From: Spirochaetia bacterium | Lineage (GTDB): Bacteria; Spirochaetota; Spirochaetia; WTKD01; G963693115 | NCBI GenBank assembly: GCA_963693115.1 | Contig: OY843750.1 | Coordinates: 252,680-316,679 of the forward strand | Length of the DNA stretch: 64,000 nt | Reading direction: 5' to 3' | In this document: positions 49,934 through 60,338 of the stretch, one piece after another | How positions within the stretch are numbered: position 1 is the first letter of the stretch | Layout: each line of letters opens with the position of its first letter | Made by a program: the position numbers and the translations under genes | Notes under the pieces: model-generated | Told to the model about the DNA's origin: nothing | Seen by the model: only the letters and a program-made list of their open reading frames with translations | The model's database searches: none

Positions 49934-51454
49934 ATGAAAACGATAGTCATAGGCGCAGGAATCGGAGGACTAGCGAGTGCAATACGATTGGCACTTCTTG
50001 GTCATGAGGTAGAAGTCTACGAGGCACAAGCAACTTATGGTGGCAAGGTAACAGAGCTATCGCTTGGCAAGTACCGTTTTGACGCAGGACCAAGCCTGTG
50101 CACCTTACCTCACCTTATCGATGAGCTTTTTCTTATTGGTAATAAAAATCCGAGGGAGTATATTAACTTTGACTCAATTCCTCTTTCACACAGGGCCTTC
50201 TTTAACGATGGTCAGACAGTAGATATCAGTACCGACTTTGAAACACTCATAGCTCAGTGTGCAGAACATTTTACAATCTCACAAACACGCATGCGTAAAT
50301 ATCTTAATTTTATTAGGAGACAGTATCAGCTCACTGCTCCCCATTTCTTGGACTCAGACTCGCTTACCCTCAGCTCTTTTTTTTCGGCAAAAATGCTCTA
50401 TGCTGCTTTGAGATATGGAATTATAAAACCACTTTCCACTGTACATTCGGTCAATGCTCGCTATTTACAAGATCCTAGGCTTGTACAAATTTTTGATAGA
50501 TTTGCTACGTATAATGGATCTAATCCCTATCGTGCCCCCGGTATACTTACCCTCATCGCCTATGTCGAACTTGGGCTTGGGGCATACATGCCCAAAGGCG
50601 GTATCATTGCTATTGCGAATGCATTATATACCTATGCCTGCGAGTTGGGGGTACGCTTTATATTTAATACAAAGATACATCGCATCGTCACAAAAAAAGT
50701 TTCAAGCACCATATGTGTACAAGGTGTTTGTAGCGATGATACGATGGTGTGTGCTGACGCTATCGTGAGCAATATGGATGTATCGCTAACCTATACTTTA
50801 TTGCTCAAAGAGGATTTTGCGCGGTTTCCTTTTCGGCTAAAAAAAGATATTCGCCGATGGCAGACCCAGGCCTCAAGCTCTGCCCTTGTGTTTTATTGGG
50901 CTATGAACAGATCCTATAAACAGCTCGATGTACACAATATTTTTTTTAGTTCGGATTACAAGGCTGAGTTTAGCCATGTCTTTGATTTTCATCCTACAGA
51001 TAGCGTGTTTCATGATCCTACTGTATACGTGCATGTGAGTTCAAAAATAAATTCAGAAGATGCACCAAAGGGCTGTGAAAACTGGTTCGTGATGCTCAAT
51101 GTTGCTTCTGACAGAGGCCAAGACTGGGATTCTATTGCACAGGATGCACGAGCACGCATAGTCACAAAGCTCTCACCCCACCTTGATCTCACGCTTGACA
51201 AGCATATAGTTGATCAAGCATATCTTACTCCGCGTGATATCGCAGGGCGTACGCTTTCTGCTGGAGGAGCATTGTATGGCTCAAACTCAAATACTATTCG
51301 CAATGCGCTTATACGCCATCCAAATACAAGCCCATACGTTAAAGGACTCTTTTTTTGCGGAGGAAGTGTACACCCTGGTGGAGGTATACCACTCTGCCTT
51401 GCATCGGCAAAAAGAGTAGCACATGCAATCTCACGAGGCTACCAAGGTCAGTAA
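49934..51454 (+). CDS. phytoene-desaturase-family FAD oxidoreductase (CrtI/CrtD-like)
   Basis: 506 aa. N-terminal VIGAGIGGLASA...YEA....GGK dinucleotide fold and C-terminal FFCGGSVHPGGGIP. Confidence 0.8.
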   Translation: MKTIVIGAGIGGLASAIRLALLGHEVEVYEAQATYGGKVTELSLGKYRFDAGPSLCTLPHLIDELFLIGNKNPREYINFDSIPLSHRAFFNDGQTVDISTDFETLIAQCAEHFTISQTRMRKYLNFIRRQYQLTAPHFLDSDSLTLSSFFSAKMLYAALRYGIIKPLSTVHSVNARYLQDPRLVQIFDRFATYNGSNPYRAPGILTLIAYVELGLGAYMPKGGIIAIANALYTYACELGVRFIFNTKIHRIVTKKVSSTICVQGVCSDDTMVCADAIVSNMDVSLTYTLLLKEDFARFPFRLKKDIRRWQTQASSSALVFYWAMNRSYKQLDVHNIFFSSDYKAEFSHVFDFHPTDSVFHDPTVYVHVSSKINSEDAPKGCENWFVMLNVASDRGQDWDSIAQDARARIVTKLSPHLDLTLDKHIVDQAYLTPRDIAGRTLSAGGALYGSNSNTIRNALIRHPNTSPYVKGLFFCGGSVHPGGGIPLCLASAKRVAHAISRGYQGQ

Positions 51455-51465
51455 ATAATGCGCCT

Positions 51466-52200
51466 ATGAACATACCATTAAAACATTACTTGCTTGGTCT
51501 ATTTTGCTTTTTGCTCTTTATAGGTATTGTGGGAGAATTTACCCCGCTTGCTCCTGTCGTACGAAGTGCAACTCCCTTGATTTTTATACTCTGCACTGCC
51601 CTGCTCCTCTTGTATGAGCAACCTTTTGGGTATGCTACCCTGCTGTATGTCGCTTTGATTGGTGCTATTGGCTTTGTTGCCGAGTATGTTGGGGTACACT
51701 TTGGAATATTATTTGGATTGTATCGCTACGGAGATGTGCTTGGTCCGCAAATCAAAGGCATTCCGCTGGTAGTGTCCTTGTTGTGGATTATCATGTCGCT
51801 ATGTAGCCACAGCATGGCAGTGCTTTTGCTACCACGTTCTATACATAGGCAGTCGGATACCCGGGTAAATCGTAGTTTTTCGCATAGTAACCCATCAGTT
51901 TATAAACACATGCAATATCGACGGGTAGTTCAGGTAGGCACGCGGGCATTGCTCGCAAGCGGACTCATGGTGTCTATGGATGTGCTAATCGAACCCATGG
52001 CAATACGCTCAGGATTTTGGAGCTGGGCTCAAGGCACTCCTCCGCTTCAAAATTATATTGGCTGGGCAATAGTTTCACTCTCCTGTCAACTAGTAATCGT
52101 CTTGTGTGCACCATCGCGTAAAAACGCAGTAGGATCAGCCTTGTTTTTGAGTCTGCTTGTGTTTTTTATTGTACATAATGGTATAACGTATATACTGTAA
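51466..52200 (+). CDS. polytopic membrane protein, carotenoid-biosynthesis (PF04240 / CruF-like 1',2'-hydratase) candidate
   Basis: Start at MNIPLKHYLL (ATG 51466, 11 nt after the crtD-like stop). ~7 TM. GVHFGILFGLYRYGDVLGP..GIPLVVSLLW resembles my recollection of the family core motif. The assignment leans on adjacency to the CrtD-like gene. Confidence 0.5.
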   Translation: MNIPLKHYLLGLFCFLLFIGIVGEFTPLAPVVRSATPLIFILCTALLLLYEQPFGYATLLYVALIGAIGFVAEYVGVHFGILFGLYRYGDVLGPQIKGIPLVVSLLWIIMSLCSHSMAVLLLPRSIHRQSDTRVNRSFSHSNPSVYKHMQYRRVVQVGTRALLASGLMVSMDVLIEPMAIRSGFWSWAQGTPPLQNYIGWAIVSLSCQLVIVLCAPSRKNAVGSALFLSLLVFFIVHNGITYIL

Positions 52201-52212
52201 ATAAACATTGTT

Positions 52213-53436
52213 ATGTCTTCGATATGTCTACACAACGCCCAACTCTTGACAGGCGAAACAAAATTTATACTAGGGGGAATACTAATTGAAGACGAAATCA
52301 TTGTCGATATATTTTTTGAAGATAGGCTTAAGGACAAAAAATTTAAACCCAACACTGAATTTATAGACTTACAGAATGCCGCCTATATTGCACCTGGCTT
52401 AATTGATACGCATATACATGGATTTGGTGGATACGGTGTCGAAGACCATGACACTGAGTCACTACTCCATATGGCTCTACAACTATCACATTATGGGGTA
52501 ACCAGTTTTTTCCCCACGATTTACCCCGAAACCCCTGCAGACTTTCTTACTGCAATACGTACCGTAAGCAACGCAATGGACGTACAAAATAGTGGTGCTC
52601 GCATATTAGGAAGCCACCTCGAAGGTCCTTTTATCTCGCCTCTGCAGTCGGGGGCACTTCCTCCCGAACATATGCAAGAAGTCAATATTGAGTTTCTCGC
52701 ACAGTGCCTTGAAAGTTCTCGCAACAGAATTTGTACTATGACGGTCGCACCCGAACTCAAGGGAATGCACGAGCTCGCACTCTACTGCCAACAACACGAC
52801 ATATGCCTACAAATAGGACATACAAACGCAAAACATAGGCACGTGCTCGAAGGTCTACAAGTAGGGATACGTCATGCTACCCATATGTTCAATGCTATGC
52901 GCCATCTCCATCACCGTGATCCTGGAACCGTAGGAAGCATACTCACGCACAACGAAATCTCATGCGAGCTCATAGCCGATACCCATCACGTAGCACCAGA
53001 AGTCGTCCGTCTTCTTCTTCAATACAAGCCTGCCGAGCAAATTGTACTGGTAAGCGACGCACTAAAGCCCACAAAACAAAAAAAAGGAACCCTGCTTGCA
53101 AACAACAAGCTTGTATATCGCGAAGACGGAGTTTTTAAACACGCCAGTGATGGAGTAATAGCAGGAAGTTGCCTCACTCTCATTGACGCACTCAAAAACA
53201 TTTCGTCACTGGATGTGAGTCTTACCGATGCCATCAAAATGGCAACGAGTAATCCTGCACGAATTTTTAAACTCAAGCGCCTGGGAGTATTGCGCCCTGG
53301 CTATCTCGCCGACATAATAGTATTTGACAAAGACTTTACGGTACTCTATACAATGATAAATGGGACTATTATAAATACCGAACTCCCCACACATCAAAAA
53401 GAAGGCAGTACTACATATATACATACAATGAAATAG
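52213..53436 (+). CDS. nagA: N-acetylglucosamine-6-phosphate deacetylase
   Basis: 407 aa. GLIDTHIHGFGG, HLEGPFIS, and the ATHMFNAM His cluster. Confidence 0.9.
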   Translation: MSSICLHNAQLLTGETKFILGGILIEDEIIVDIFFEDRLKDKKFKPNTEFIDLQNAAYIAPGLIDTHIHGFGGYGVEDHDTESLLHMALQLSHYGVTSFFPTIYPETPADFLTAIRTVSNAMDVQNSGARILGSHLEGPFISPLQSGALPPEHMQEVNIEFLAQCLESSRNRICTMTVAPELKGMHELALYCQQHDICLQIGHTNAKHRHVLEGLQVGIRHATHMFNAMRHLHHRDPGTVGSILTHNEISCELIADTHHVAPEVVRLLLQYKPAEQIVLVSDALKPTKQKKGTLLANNKLVYREDGVFKHASDGVIAGSCLTLIDALKNISSLDVSLTDAIKMATSNPARIFKLKRLGVLRPGYLADIIVFDKDFTVLYTMINGTIINTELPTHQKEGSTTYIHTMK

Positions 53437-53446
53437 AATATAACAT

Positions 53447-54226
53447 ATGAAAATCATTCGTGCTCAAGATTATAATGAACTCTCATCTGTCGTAGCAGGA
53501 GCAGTCATTACAAAAATTAATCATTTTTCTGACCTCGAAAAAGAATGTGTGTTGGGCTTATGCACGGGTTCGTCTATTGTTGGTACCTATGCATTGCTCG
53601 TCAAGGCCTACGAACAAGCACAGGTGCGCTTTACAAACGTCCAAGCTTTCAATTTGGACGAATACGTGGGATTGGATGTCGATAACCCACAGAGTTTTGC
53701 ATACTTTATGACACAACATCTCATACATAAGGTTGACTTTGGTAAAGGAATGTGGCATATCCCTTTCTTAACAGAGCAGTTACATGACAATGCGATAATA
53801 GAAGAATGCTATGCATACGAGCAAGCGATACGCACGACGGGTGGTATTCACTTACAGCTTCTTGGAATAGGACAGAATGGACATATAGGTTTTAACGAAC
53901 CTGGAACAGGTTTTGATAGCGCAACCCATACAGTGCGTCTGCACGAAGCAACGAGACAACAAAACGCCCAGTACTTTGGGGGTATAGAATACGTTCCTCA
54001 AGAAGCCATTACCATGGGACTCTCAACCATCTGTAATGCCCGCGAAATAATCTTGCTCGCCTCGGGTGTTGCTAAGGCACAGGCGCTTAAAGCTATGATT
54101 GAGGGACCAATTACACACTTGTTGCCGGCATCAATACTGCAATTTCACCCACAGGTAACGGTTGTCGCTGATACTGATGCCTTGAGCAAACTTTCTGCAT
54201 CTACGCTTGCTATGTTGGCTAGATAG
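53447..54226 (+). CDS. nagB: glucosamine-6-phosphate deaminase
   Basis: 259 aa. FNLDEY, LLGIGQNGHIGFNEPG. Confidence 0.92.
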   Translation: MKIIRAQDYNELSSVVAGAVITKINHFSDLEKECVLGLCTGSSIVGTYALLVKAYEQAQVRFTNVQAFNLDEYVGLDVDNPQSFAYFMTQHLIHKVDFGKGMWHIPFLTEQLHDNAIIEECYAYEQAIRTTGGIHLQLLGIGQNGHIGFNEPGTGFDSATHTVRLHEATRQQNAQYFGGIEYVPQEAITMGLSTICNAREIILLASGVAKAQALKAMIEGPITHLLPASILQFHPQVTVVADTDALSKLSASTLAMLAR

Positions 54227-54400
54227 CTTTTTTCTGTACGTGTTTTTTGAAAACTCTTCCACGTAAGGAGTAGTGACCCGAAGCGTAGATTTTTGTGGGG
54301 AGAAAAAATCACACAAAGCTGATTCGACGATTTTAAAAAATAAATTGCTTCTTCTTTACTTTTTGAAACTTTTTATCATTATTATGGTAATGAGGTTCGA

Positions 54401-55039
54401 ATGGTAGACTATGCATTTCCTTTTGAAGATGAACAGCGGGAGATCGCGTCATTGCTCCTGCAAAATGATTCGGTAACAATTACAAACGAAAACAACCAAG
54501 TACTCTCGCCCGGCATACAAGGACCGCTCGTGATTGATCTCAAAAAAATTTTTCAAACACCCTATCTCGTATCACGGGTATGTAGCCTTTTTTCTGAGTC
54601 GATAAACGAGTACCAACCTAGCACTATTGTGGGAGCAAATATCGTAGGCTCACTCTTGGCTGCAAATCTTTCTTTTTTGCTCAAGCTTCCTCTTGCATAT
54701 GCACATCGAATACAGTATACTCGAGGACTTCATACTCATATAGAAGGTGCAAACGTCTCTGAAAACCGAGTTATGATTATTACTGACCAAATGGTTACAG
54801 GAGAGAGCGTCTATGCCATTGCTGATGAATGCAAAAAACTAGGAGCTCATATCATACGAGTTGTCGCTTTATTTTCTTATCAGATGCGCGAGGCCTTACA
54901 GATTCTCCAACACTCAAACCTTCCACTGACCGCACTCACTACAATACAGGTGCTTTTTGACGAAGCATGCGATGCTAAGATGGTTAATTCGCTAAAACAT
55001 AACGCTGTCACCAAATGGATAAATGCAAACTGTATGTAG
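54401..55039 (+). CDS. type I phosphoribosyltransferase family protein (PyrE-like, divergent)
   Basis: 212 aa. PRPP-binding loop VMIITDQMVTGES. It lacks the usual OPRT N-terminal SGxxS block, so the substrate is uncertain. Confidence 0.6.
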   Translation: MVDYAFPFEDEQREIASLLLQNDSVTITNENNQVLSPGIQGPLVIDLKKIFQTPYLVSRVCSLFSESINEYQPSTIVGANIVGSLLAANLSFLLKLPLAYAHRIQYTRGLHTHIEGANVSENRVMIITDQMVTGESVYAIADECKKLGAHIIRVVALFSYQMREALQILQHSNLPLTALTTIQVLFDEACDAKMVNSLKHNAVTKWINANCM

Positions 55040-55079
55040 AAAATATTATGCCTTTCTAGGTTATCCATGAATGTGACAT

Positions 55080-56027
55080 ATGATTTCTATTTTGCTACAA
55101 TTAGGAATTGTGAACAATACAGCAACACATACGCGAAACATTAGCATTGCGGGAATCATGGCCGCTTTGGGGGGCTTTCTTTCTTTTACGGTTCTTGATA
55201 CCTTTATTAAATGGTATTCACAATACTATAGCTCTTTAGAACTCTCTTATATCTTTAGAATTTTTGTACTGCTACTCTCAAGCCTTGTACTCTTGCTTAT
55301 CTGCCTTGCAAGGCGTTCGTTTAGTATCATGCGCCCTCAACACATACGGTCTCATATCATTCGTGGTATACTCACGTTTTTTATGACGTATTGCTTTACC
55401 TATACCTTTGCAACGCTTCCTCTGAGCACGGCATATTCTCTCATATTTATGCTTCCTATATTTACCGCCTTGCTCGTGTCTTTTACTATTAAAGAAAAAA
55501 TACCACGACTTGTGTGGATGGCTATCGTTATCGGCTTTGTTGGTATGTTAATTGTTGTCCGTCCCGGAATCGCACCGTGGAATTGGGGATATGTTTCTGC
55601 ACTTGTTGCAGTACTGTGCGAGGCACCATTTTTTATCCTCGCACGCCGTTATCACAGAAATGAACATCCTCTCGTAGTTGTTTTTTATTCGCAGCTTATC
55701 GCACTCGTGGTGTACTTTATAGTATTTAGCCTTATCCTTGATATCAATATATCACTCAAAGAAATCAGTCATATATGGGCTATGATTATGATGGGAATAT
55801 TTAACATACTCGCTCAGACGTTGATTATATTTTCGCTCAAGTCAAATGATGCAAATATTTCTACTAGTATGCAGTATAGCCAGGTGATATGGGGAGCTCT
55901 GATCGGATACTTTATCTTTGGAGATCTCACCGCTTTTAATCCATTTTTTCTCGTGGGTACCTGCATAATCATAGTTAGTGGCTATGTGGTATCAACAGGG
56001 CGCTTACCTTTTCAAAAAAAATTATAG
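55080..56027 (+). CDS. EamA/DMT-family transporter
   Basis: 315 aa, ~10 TM in two homologous halves. Confidence 0.8.
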   Translation: MISILLQLGIVNNTATHTRNISIAGIMAALGGFLSFTVLDTFIKWYSQYYSSLELSYIFRIFVLLLSSLVLLLICLARRSFSIMRPQHIRSHIIRGILTFFMTYCFTYTFATLPLSTAYSLIFMLPIFTALLVSFTIKEKIPRLVWMAIVIGFVGMLIVVRPGIAPWNWGYVSALVAVLCEAPFFILARRYHRNEHPLVVVFYSQLIALVVYFIVFSLILDINISLKEISHIWAMIMMGIFNILAQTLIIFSLKSNDANISTSMQYSQVIWGALIGYFIFGDLTAFNPFFLVGTCIIIVSGYVVSTGRLPFQKKL

Positions 56028-56077
56028 TTATAAAAAGGGCAGTTATATAAAGGGCAGTTATAAAAATTGTAGTTATT
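56026..56077. repeat. 15-bp tandem repeat (agttataaaaagggc), ~3.5 copies
   Basis: Read directly. It starts at the stop codon of the EamA gene. Confidence 0.8.
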
Positions 56078-56298
56078 CGGCGCACTGTTCTCTAAGAATT
56101 ATCACAAAACATGGTCATCAGCATATCTGTGCACTCGTTGGTTATGTATGTACTGCGTACCTCTGCAGACCTTCTTACCGCACATTGGCACACTACACAC
56201 CACTGCTCGTTGGTATGCCTCTAATATGCTTTGGGTATGTTCGGCATGCTTTTAGCATGCTTTTATTTTGACAACACTTATTCTATTCGCTGTATATT

Positions 56299-57420
56299 CT
56301 ATTCATTGTCCGCTTCGTTACTTGTCTCTGCAGGGGCACTCCTATTATTTTTTATTCGTGAGGGGAGATACTGGAGACGTATGCCTGTTGATAGTGCAAC
56401 CGTACTGCTAACAACGTCGTAGCTTATACTTGCATCAAAATAGACCCAGTATATGCGTAGCGAATATCCTCCAAATACCCTAAAACCGGCGTCTGTTTGA
56501 TTTTCAGACGTGAGAGTAAGCCTATTTTCATTTGTCTTTGCACGCAACGCACCAAAGTTAGTACCTCCCTTAAATAAATCAACCAAAGATTTTGCCTTTC
56601 CATCTTCTATAAAATTAACCTTACCTCTAAAATCTGCATAATAATTGCTGACAACTATATAAGGCTCGATACCAAAATAGGGCTCAAAAAATCGTAAATT
56701 TTTGCTTATCTGCGACTTGAGTGCAATCGTATGCGTATCTCCTCCTAGGGCAAATCGAAGATCTCCATCAACATTTGCGTCTGATCCTAGATTAAACCCC
56801 GCTGGAAACTCATTTGACGAAACATACAATTCTTGACGACCATAGAGATAGGTAAACCCTACCGATATATTTGGCAGTGATTCATCTTCTTCCACAAAGG
56901 CATATCTAAAGTCAAAACCAAATTGCTGTGTCCAGAGTCCGCCTCTGATTCCTTGAAGGGTGAGTGAAATATCAAAGGGTATAAAAAATCCATACATAGC
57001 TACATCAAACGGAATTTTTGTACCACCAAAACGAAGCCCCAAAGAAGTTGGTGATAGCCCTAAAGCGAGGTTAGGATTTACTAGTTTGCCACTCGTAAGC
57101 GCGGTAGTAGCATCTCCAAGTTCTGCGAGATCATCAAGTGATGTAAATAGGTCTGTATTAAATGCATACCCAAACCCAGACAATACAGAAAAAGAGGGAA
57201 ACGCACCTAAATATGCCGTACTCGTATTAAGCGCAGTGAGGTTAGAGTGCGCCTGTGCTACTCCTAGTGCACGGGCCAATCCCTTAAAATTATTTGTCTG
57301 CTTGACAATATCATCTATGATTTCTCGAGAGGACTTAGTACCTTCTTCTTGTGAATACACACTTAGCAAAGCTAAGGCATAGAGAAAAACTAATAGTATA
57401 GTTAATACTACTTTTTTCAT
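56299..57420 (-). CDS. hypothetical outer-membrane beta-barrel-like protein
   Basis: Start at MKKVVLTILLVFLYALALLSVYSQ (ATG 57420, GGAG upstream). The body is rich in alternating G/F/Y/L strands. Polar C-terminal tail. Confidence 0.6.
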   Translation of the reverse strand: MKKVVLTILLVFLYALALLSVYSQEEGTKSSREIIDDIVKQTNNFKGLARALGVAQAHSNLTALNTSTAYLGAFPSFSVLSGFGYAFNTDLFTSLDDLAELGDATTALTSGKLVNPNLALGLSPTSLGLRFGGTKIPFDVAMYGFFIPFDISLTLQGIRGGLWTQQFGFDFRYAFVEEDESLPNISVGFTYLYGRQELYVSSNEFPAGFNLGSDANVDGDLRFALGGDTHTIALKSQISKNLRFFEPYFGIEPYIVVSNYYADFRGKVNFIEDGKAKSLVDLFKGGTNFGALRAKTNENRLTLTSENQTDAGFRVFGGYSLRIYWVYFDASISYDVVSSTVALSTGIRLQYLPSRIKNNRSAPAETSNEADNE

Positions 57421-57612
57421 GGTTAACTCCTGTATATCATCGGAAACAATTCCTACAATGTACAATGTATTATAACATAATACAGGGCAAGCATAGACCT
57501 TATGTTCCTCTTCATTTTACAGTTACTCACGCCTTGAGTGTACGATGTATATCTATGGTATGCACTATAAAGGTCTTCATTTAAAAAGGACATTATGCAC
57601 TGGTCATAATGG

Positions 57613-59325
57613 CTATGATTCTGTTATTAATCCTACAACTGCGTCGACTACATATCTGACAACATTGGGCGTTTTTTCATAGGCCCACAAAATATTTGTT
57701 ACCGAGTCTTGCTCACCTGACACCGGGCTAAACCGTTCATGATCGCAGAAAGAAATAAAGTACGGGCGACGTGATGATGGTATATGCAAGACAATATGTG
57801 AGTAGAGGCTCTGTATCTGCTTATCAAGCACGATTATGGTCCATGCGTCTTTGTCAATACAAGACAGTACCTCCTCTGCAGTGCTATGATGTTCTAGTTT
57901 ATGGTACGTGATGGGATATTTAAAACGATAGCGCGCAGCTGATACGGAACTTTGACGTAAGAGGAGTTGTAATTGTGTCATAAAGGCATATGTACCACTT
58001 ATCTGTTGTGCACAATGTTCTTGATGCGATGCAAGCTCTATTACCGTAAGGCTTGGCTGGTTGTTTTTTTGGTTGTTTTTTTGGTTGTTTTTTTGATTCT
58101 CTGCTTGTGGGTCCTCGTGTTCTGTGTTTTCTGGTAAGGTGTCTTTCGTAGAACTGGCTTTAGCAAACCATGTCTCTATAGAGCTATGGGCATGGATAGG
58201 AATGGCTTTTGTAATGCAACTGTGTATTGACGCTTTGACATCTTTTTCTTTGTAGTCGGTCATATTCCATGCACGGGTATGATAGGGGTTCATTCGTTCA
58301 CACGATTCGTCAAGTCGTTTCATGAGCATATCACTGTTTATTGACTGGGTTATTGACTGGGTTATTGTTTGGGTCTCTTTTTTTGTGGTATGCGTCATGA
58401 CGTCTTTGTCTAGCAAGGCTTGTTCTAAGGCCATATAGTTGGCGTCTTGGTACTCTAGCTCATGAGAAATAAGCAAGAGATCTGCACCTGCCGCAAGAGC
58501 ATCTAGTGCGGGTGTTTTGTACGAGTCTGATATAGCCTTCATACAAAGACAATCTGTCATTATTACACCAGAAAATCCTAGGGTATTTCTCAATAAATCT
58601 GTGAGCACTGCCTTAGAAAGCGTTGCAGGATATCGAGGATCCAAAGAAGAAAAAAGTATGTGCGCAGTCATAATAAGAGGAATAGCATCATCTATCAAGG
58701 CTTTGAACGGAACAAACTCTCGCTCGTGCAAACTATCGAGGTTCTGTGTAAGACGCGGTAAAGCGAGATGTGAGTCGACATCAGTATCTCCATGCCCGGG
58801 AAAATGCTTAGCGCATGCGCTTATCCCAGCCCGTGCTAGCCCTCGTACACATGCACGTGCATAGGTAATAACCTGATCAGGAACAAACCCAAAACTACGC
58901 TCGGCAATGACAGGATTCGCAGGGCTACTGTCAATATCTGCTATTGGCGCTAGCCCAGAGTTAAAGCCTAGGGCATGCAAAACAGCGCCATACTGATAAT
59001 ACAGCATTTCTGCAACTTCGGGATCTTGACTACGTGCAACGAGCCGTGCACCAGGAAATGAGATGTTCTCATTTGAAAGCCGTGATACCATTCCCCCCTC
59101 TTCATCAATACATATAAATGCTTCTATGCCTAGATGCTCTCTAACCATCGTACGTATCTCGTGAGTAAGCGTCTTTGTCTGCTGATAGTCGTGTATATTG
59201 CGCGAAAAAAGTATATAATTTGCTATTCTATATTCTTTTATTAGCTTTTCAATACCCGTATGTGCAAAGTTTGTTCCCTCAAAACCAAAGACCATGCACC
59301 TCCCTATTTTATCTCGTATTGTCAT
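57613..59325 (-). CDS. nagZ: GH3 beta-N-acetylhexosaminidase with long C-terminal extension
   Basis: KHFPGHGDTDVDSHLALP catalytic block. The ~230-aa C-terminal region contains in-frame tandem repeats (QSIT x3, NQKN x3). Confidence 0.8.
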   Translation of the reverse strand: MTIRDKIGRCMVFGFEGTNFAHTGIEKLIKEYRIANYILFSRNIHDYQQTKTLTHEIRTMVREHLGIEAFICIDEEGGMVSRLSNENISFPGARLVARSQDPEVAEMLYYQYGAVLHALGFNSGLAPIADIDSSPANPVIAERSFGFVPDQVITYARACVRGLARAGISACAKHFPGHGDTDVDSHLALPRLTQNLDSLHEREFVPFKALIDDAIPLIMTAHILFSSLDPRYPATLSKAVLTDLLRNTLGFSGVIMTDCLCMKAISDSYKTPALDALAAGADLLLISHELEYQDANYMALEQALLDKDVMTHTTKKETQTITQSITQSINSDMLMKRLDESCERMNPYHTRAWNMTDYKEKDVKASIHSCITKAIPIHAHSSIETWFAKASSTKDTLPENTEHEDPQAENQKNNQKNNQKNNQPSLTVIELASHQEHCAQQISGTYAFMTQLQLLLRQSSVSAARYRFKYPITYHKLEHHSTAEEVLSCIDKDAWTIIVLDKQIQSLYSHIVLHIPSSRRPYFISFCDHERFSPVSGEQDSVTNILWAYEKTPNVVRYVVDAVVGLITES

Positions 59326-59462
59326 ACGACCTCCTTAGACGTATACGCCTGATTGTTTACATGATGATGTCGCACCAATTTTTTCTGTGAAATCAAACAA
59401 ACACAACTCGGCACATGCGAGTAGTGGCGACGTACGTTTAGAACATGTTATTTGAGTATAGG

Positions 59463-60329
59463 TTATCCAAATATTTTTTTTGCACGAGCGAGCATCTCCG
59501 TTGCAATGTAGTGGTGATCTTGCTCCCATAAGGTATAGCCCAAAAATTCGCCCACTATCCAACCATCAAATCCCATTGCTATAAGCGCTTCTTTCCACTC
59601 ATTTAGAGGGATATCACCATCTCCAATAAGATAGTCACGCAAACGTACCTCATCCCATGGCTGTCCGGGTACGATAGCGTCATTCCGTTTACCATCAGAG
59701 CAATGTACTGAAAAAATCATCTCTTTTGATAGGGTCTTTAGATCACTTGGTGAACACTGTGCCTCGGCATCTCGTGACTGACCTGCAAACAAGTGCCAAA
59801 AATCAAGCACAATACCAAAGCGCGAATCACCAACCGCATCGCAGAGTTTCCTCAAATGTCCGAGGCTATAGAGCGGTGTCCACGCCGCGCCTTCGTACTG
59901 AAAACGCATATTATAGTGTGAAAGTATTGTCAATATTTGACGTATGTTTTGACTGATTATGCGTATATTATCTTGGACACTCAGTGCATCAAGCTTATTA
60001 AAAGCATTGAGCTGTATACATGGGGCACCTATATGAATCGCAATCTGAATCCATTTCTCGGCAGTAGAGTACAACATATCTCTTTCTCTCACGGTGCTCG
60101 CCTCAAGATTAGGAATAATATCTATACATGAGACTTCGAGCTTGGTCTGTGCAAGCGCTTCTTTAACCTTGGTAAGTGCCCAAAGTTCGTCTGAATGCGG
60201 AAGCGTGAGCATGCGCTGAAACTTTGAGGTATGTAATTCGATCCCGTCATAGCCTGTGCGACCAGCAAGCGCTATGTCAGAAAGTATGTTTGAGTGTTGG
60301 GTATTGCAACCGTGTAACGCGTATTTCAT
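59463..60329 (-). CDS. xylose-isomerase-like TIM-barrel protein (sugar phosphate isomerase/epimerase; IolE/IolI-like by context)
   Basis: 288 aa. Begins GYDGIEL. Located 9 nt downstream of iolB. Confidence 0.6.
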   Translation of the reverse strand: MKYALHGCNTQHSNILSDIALAGRTGYDGIELHTSKFQRMLTLPHSDELWALTKVKEALAQTKLEVSCIDIIPNLEASTVRERDMLYSTAEKWIQIAIHIGAPCIQLNAFNKLDALSVQDNIRIISQNIRQILTILSHYNMRFQYEGAAWTPLYSLGHLRKLCDAVGDSRFGIVLDFWHLFAGQSRDAEAQCSPSDLKTLSKEMIFSVHCSDGKRNDAIVPGQPWDEVRLRDYLIGDGDIPLNEWKEALIAMGFDGWIVGEFLGYTLWEQDHHYIATEMLARAKKIFG

Positions 60330-60338
60330 AGTGGCGTA

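Noticed and set aside
51355-51465. N-terminal extension of the CruF-like ORF overlapping the crtD-like gene by 100 nt
   Set aside because: The hydrophobic protein begins naturally at ATG 51466, just after the upstream stop. The extension is hydrophilic and overlaps out of frame.
54385-54402. The ggttcgaat string, resembling a tRNA T-arm
   Set aside because: The flanks cannot form acceptor, D or anticodon arms, and it overlaps the start region of the PyrE-like CDS. No tRNA was found anywhere in the window by eye.
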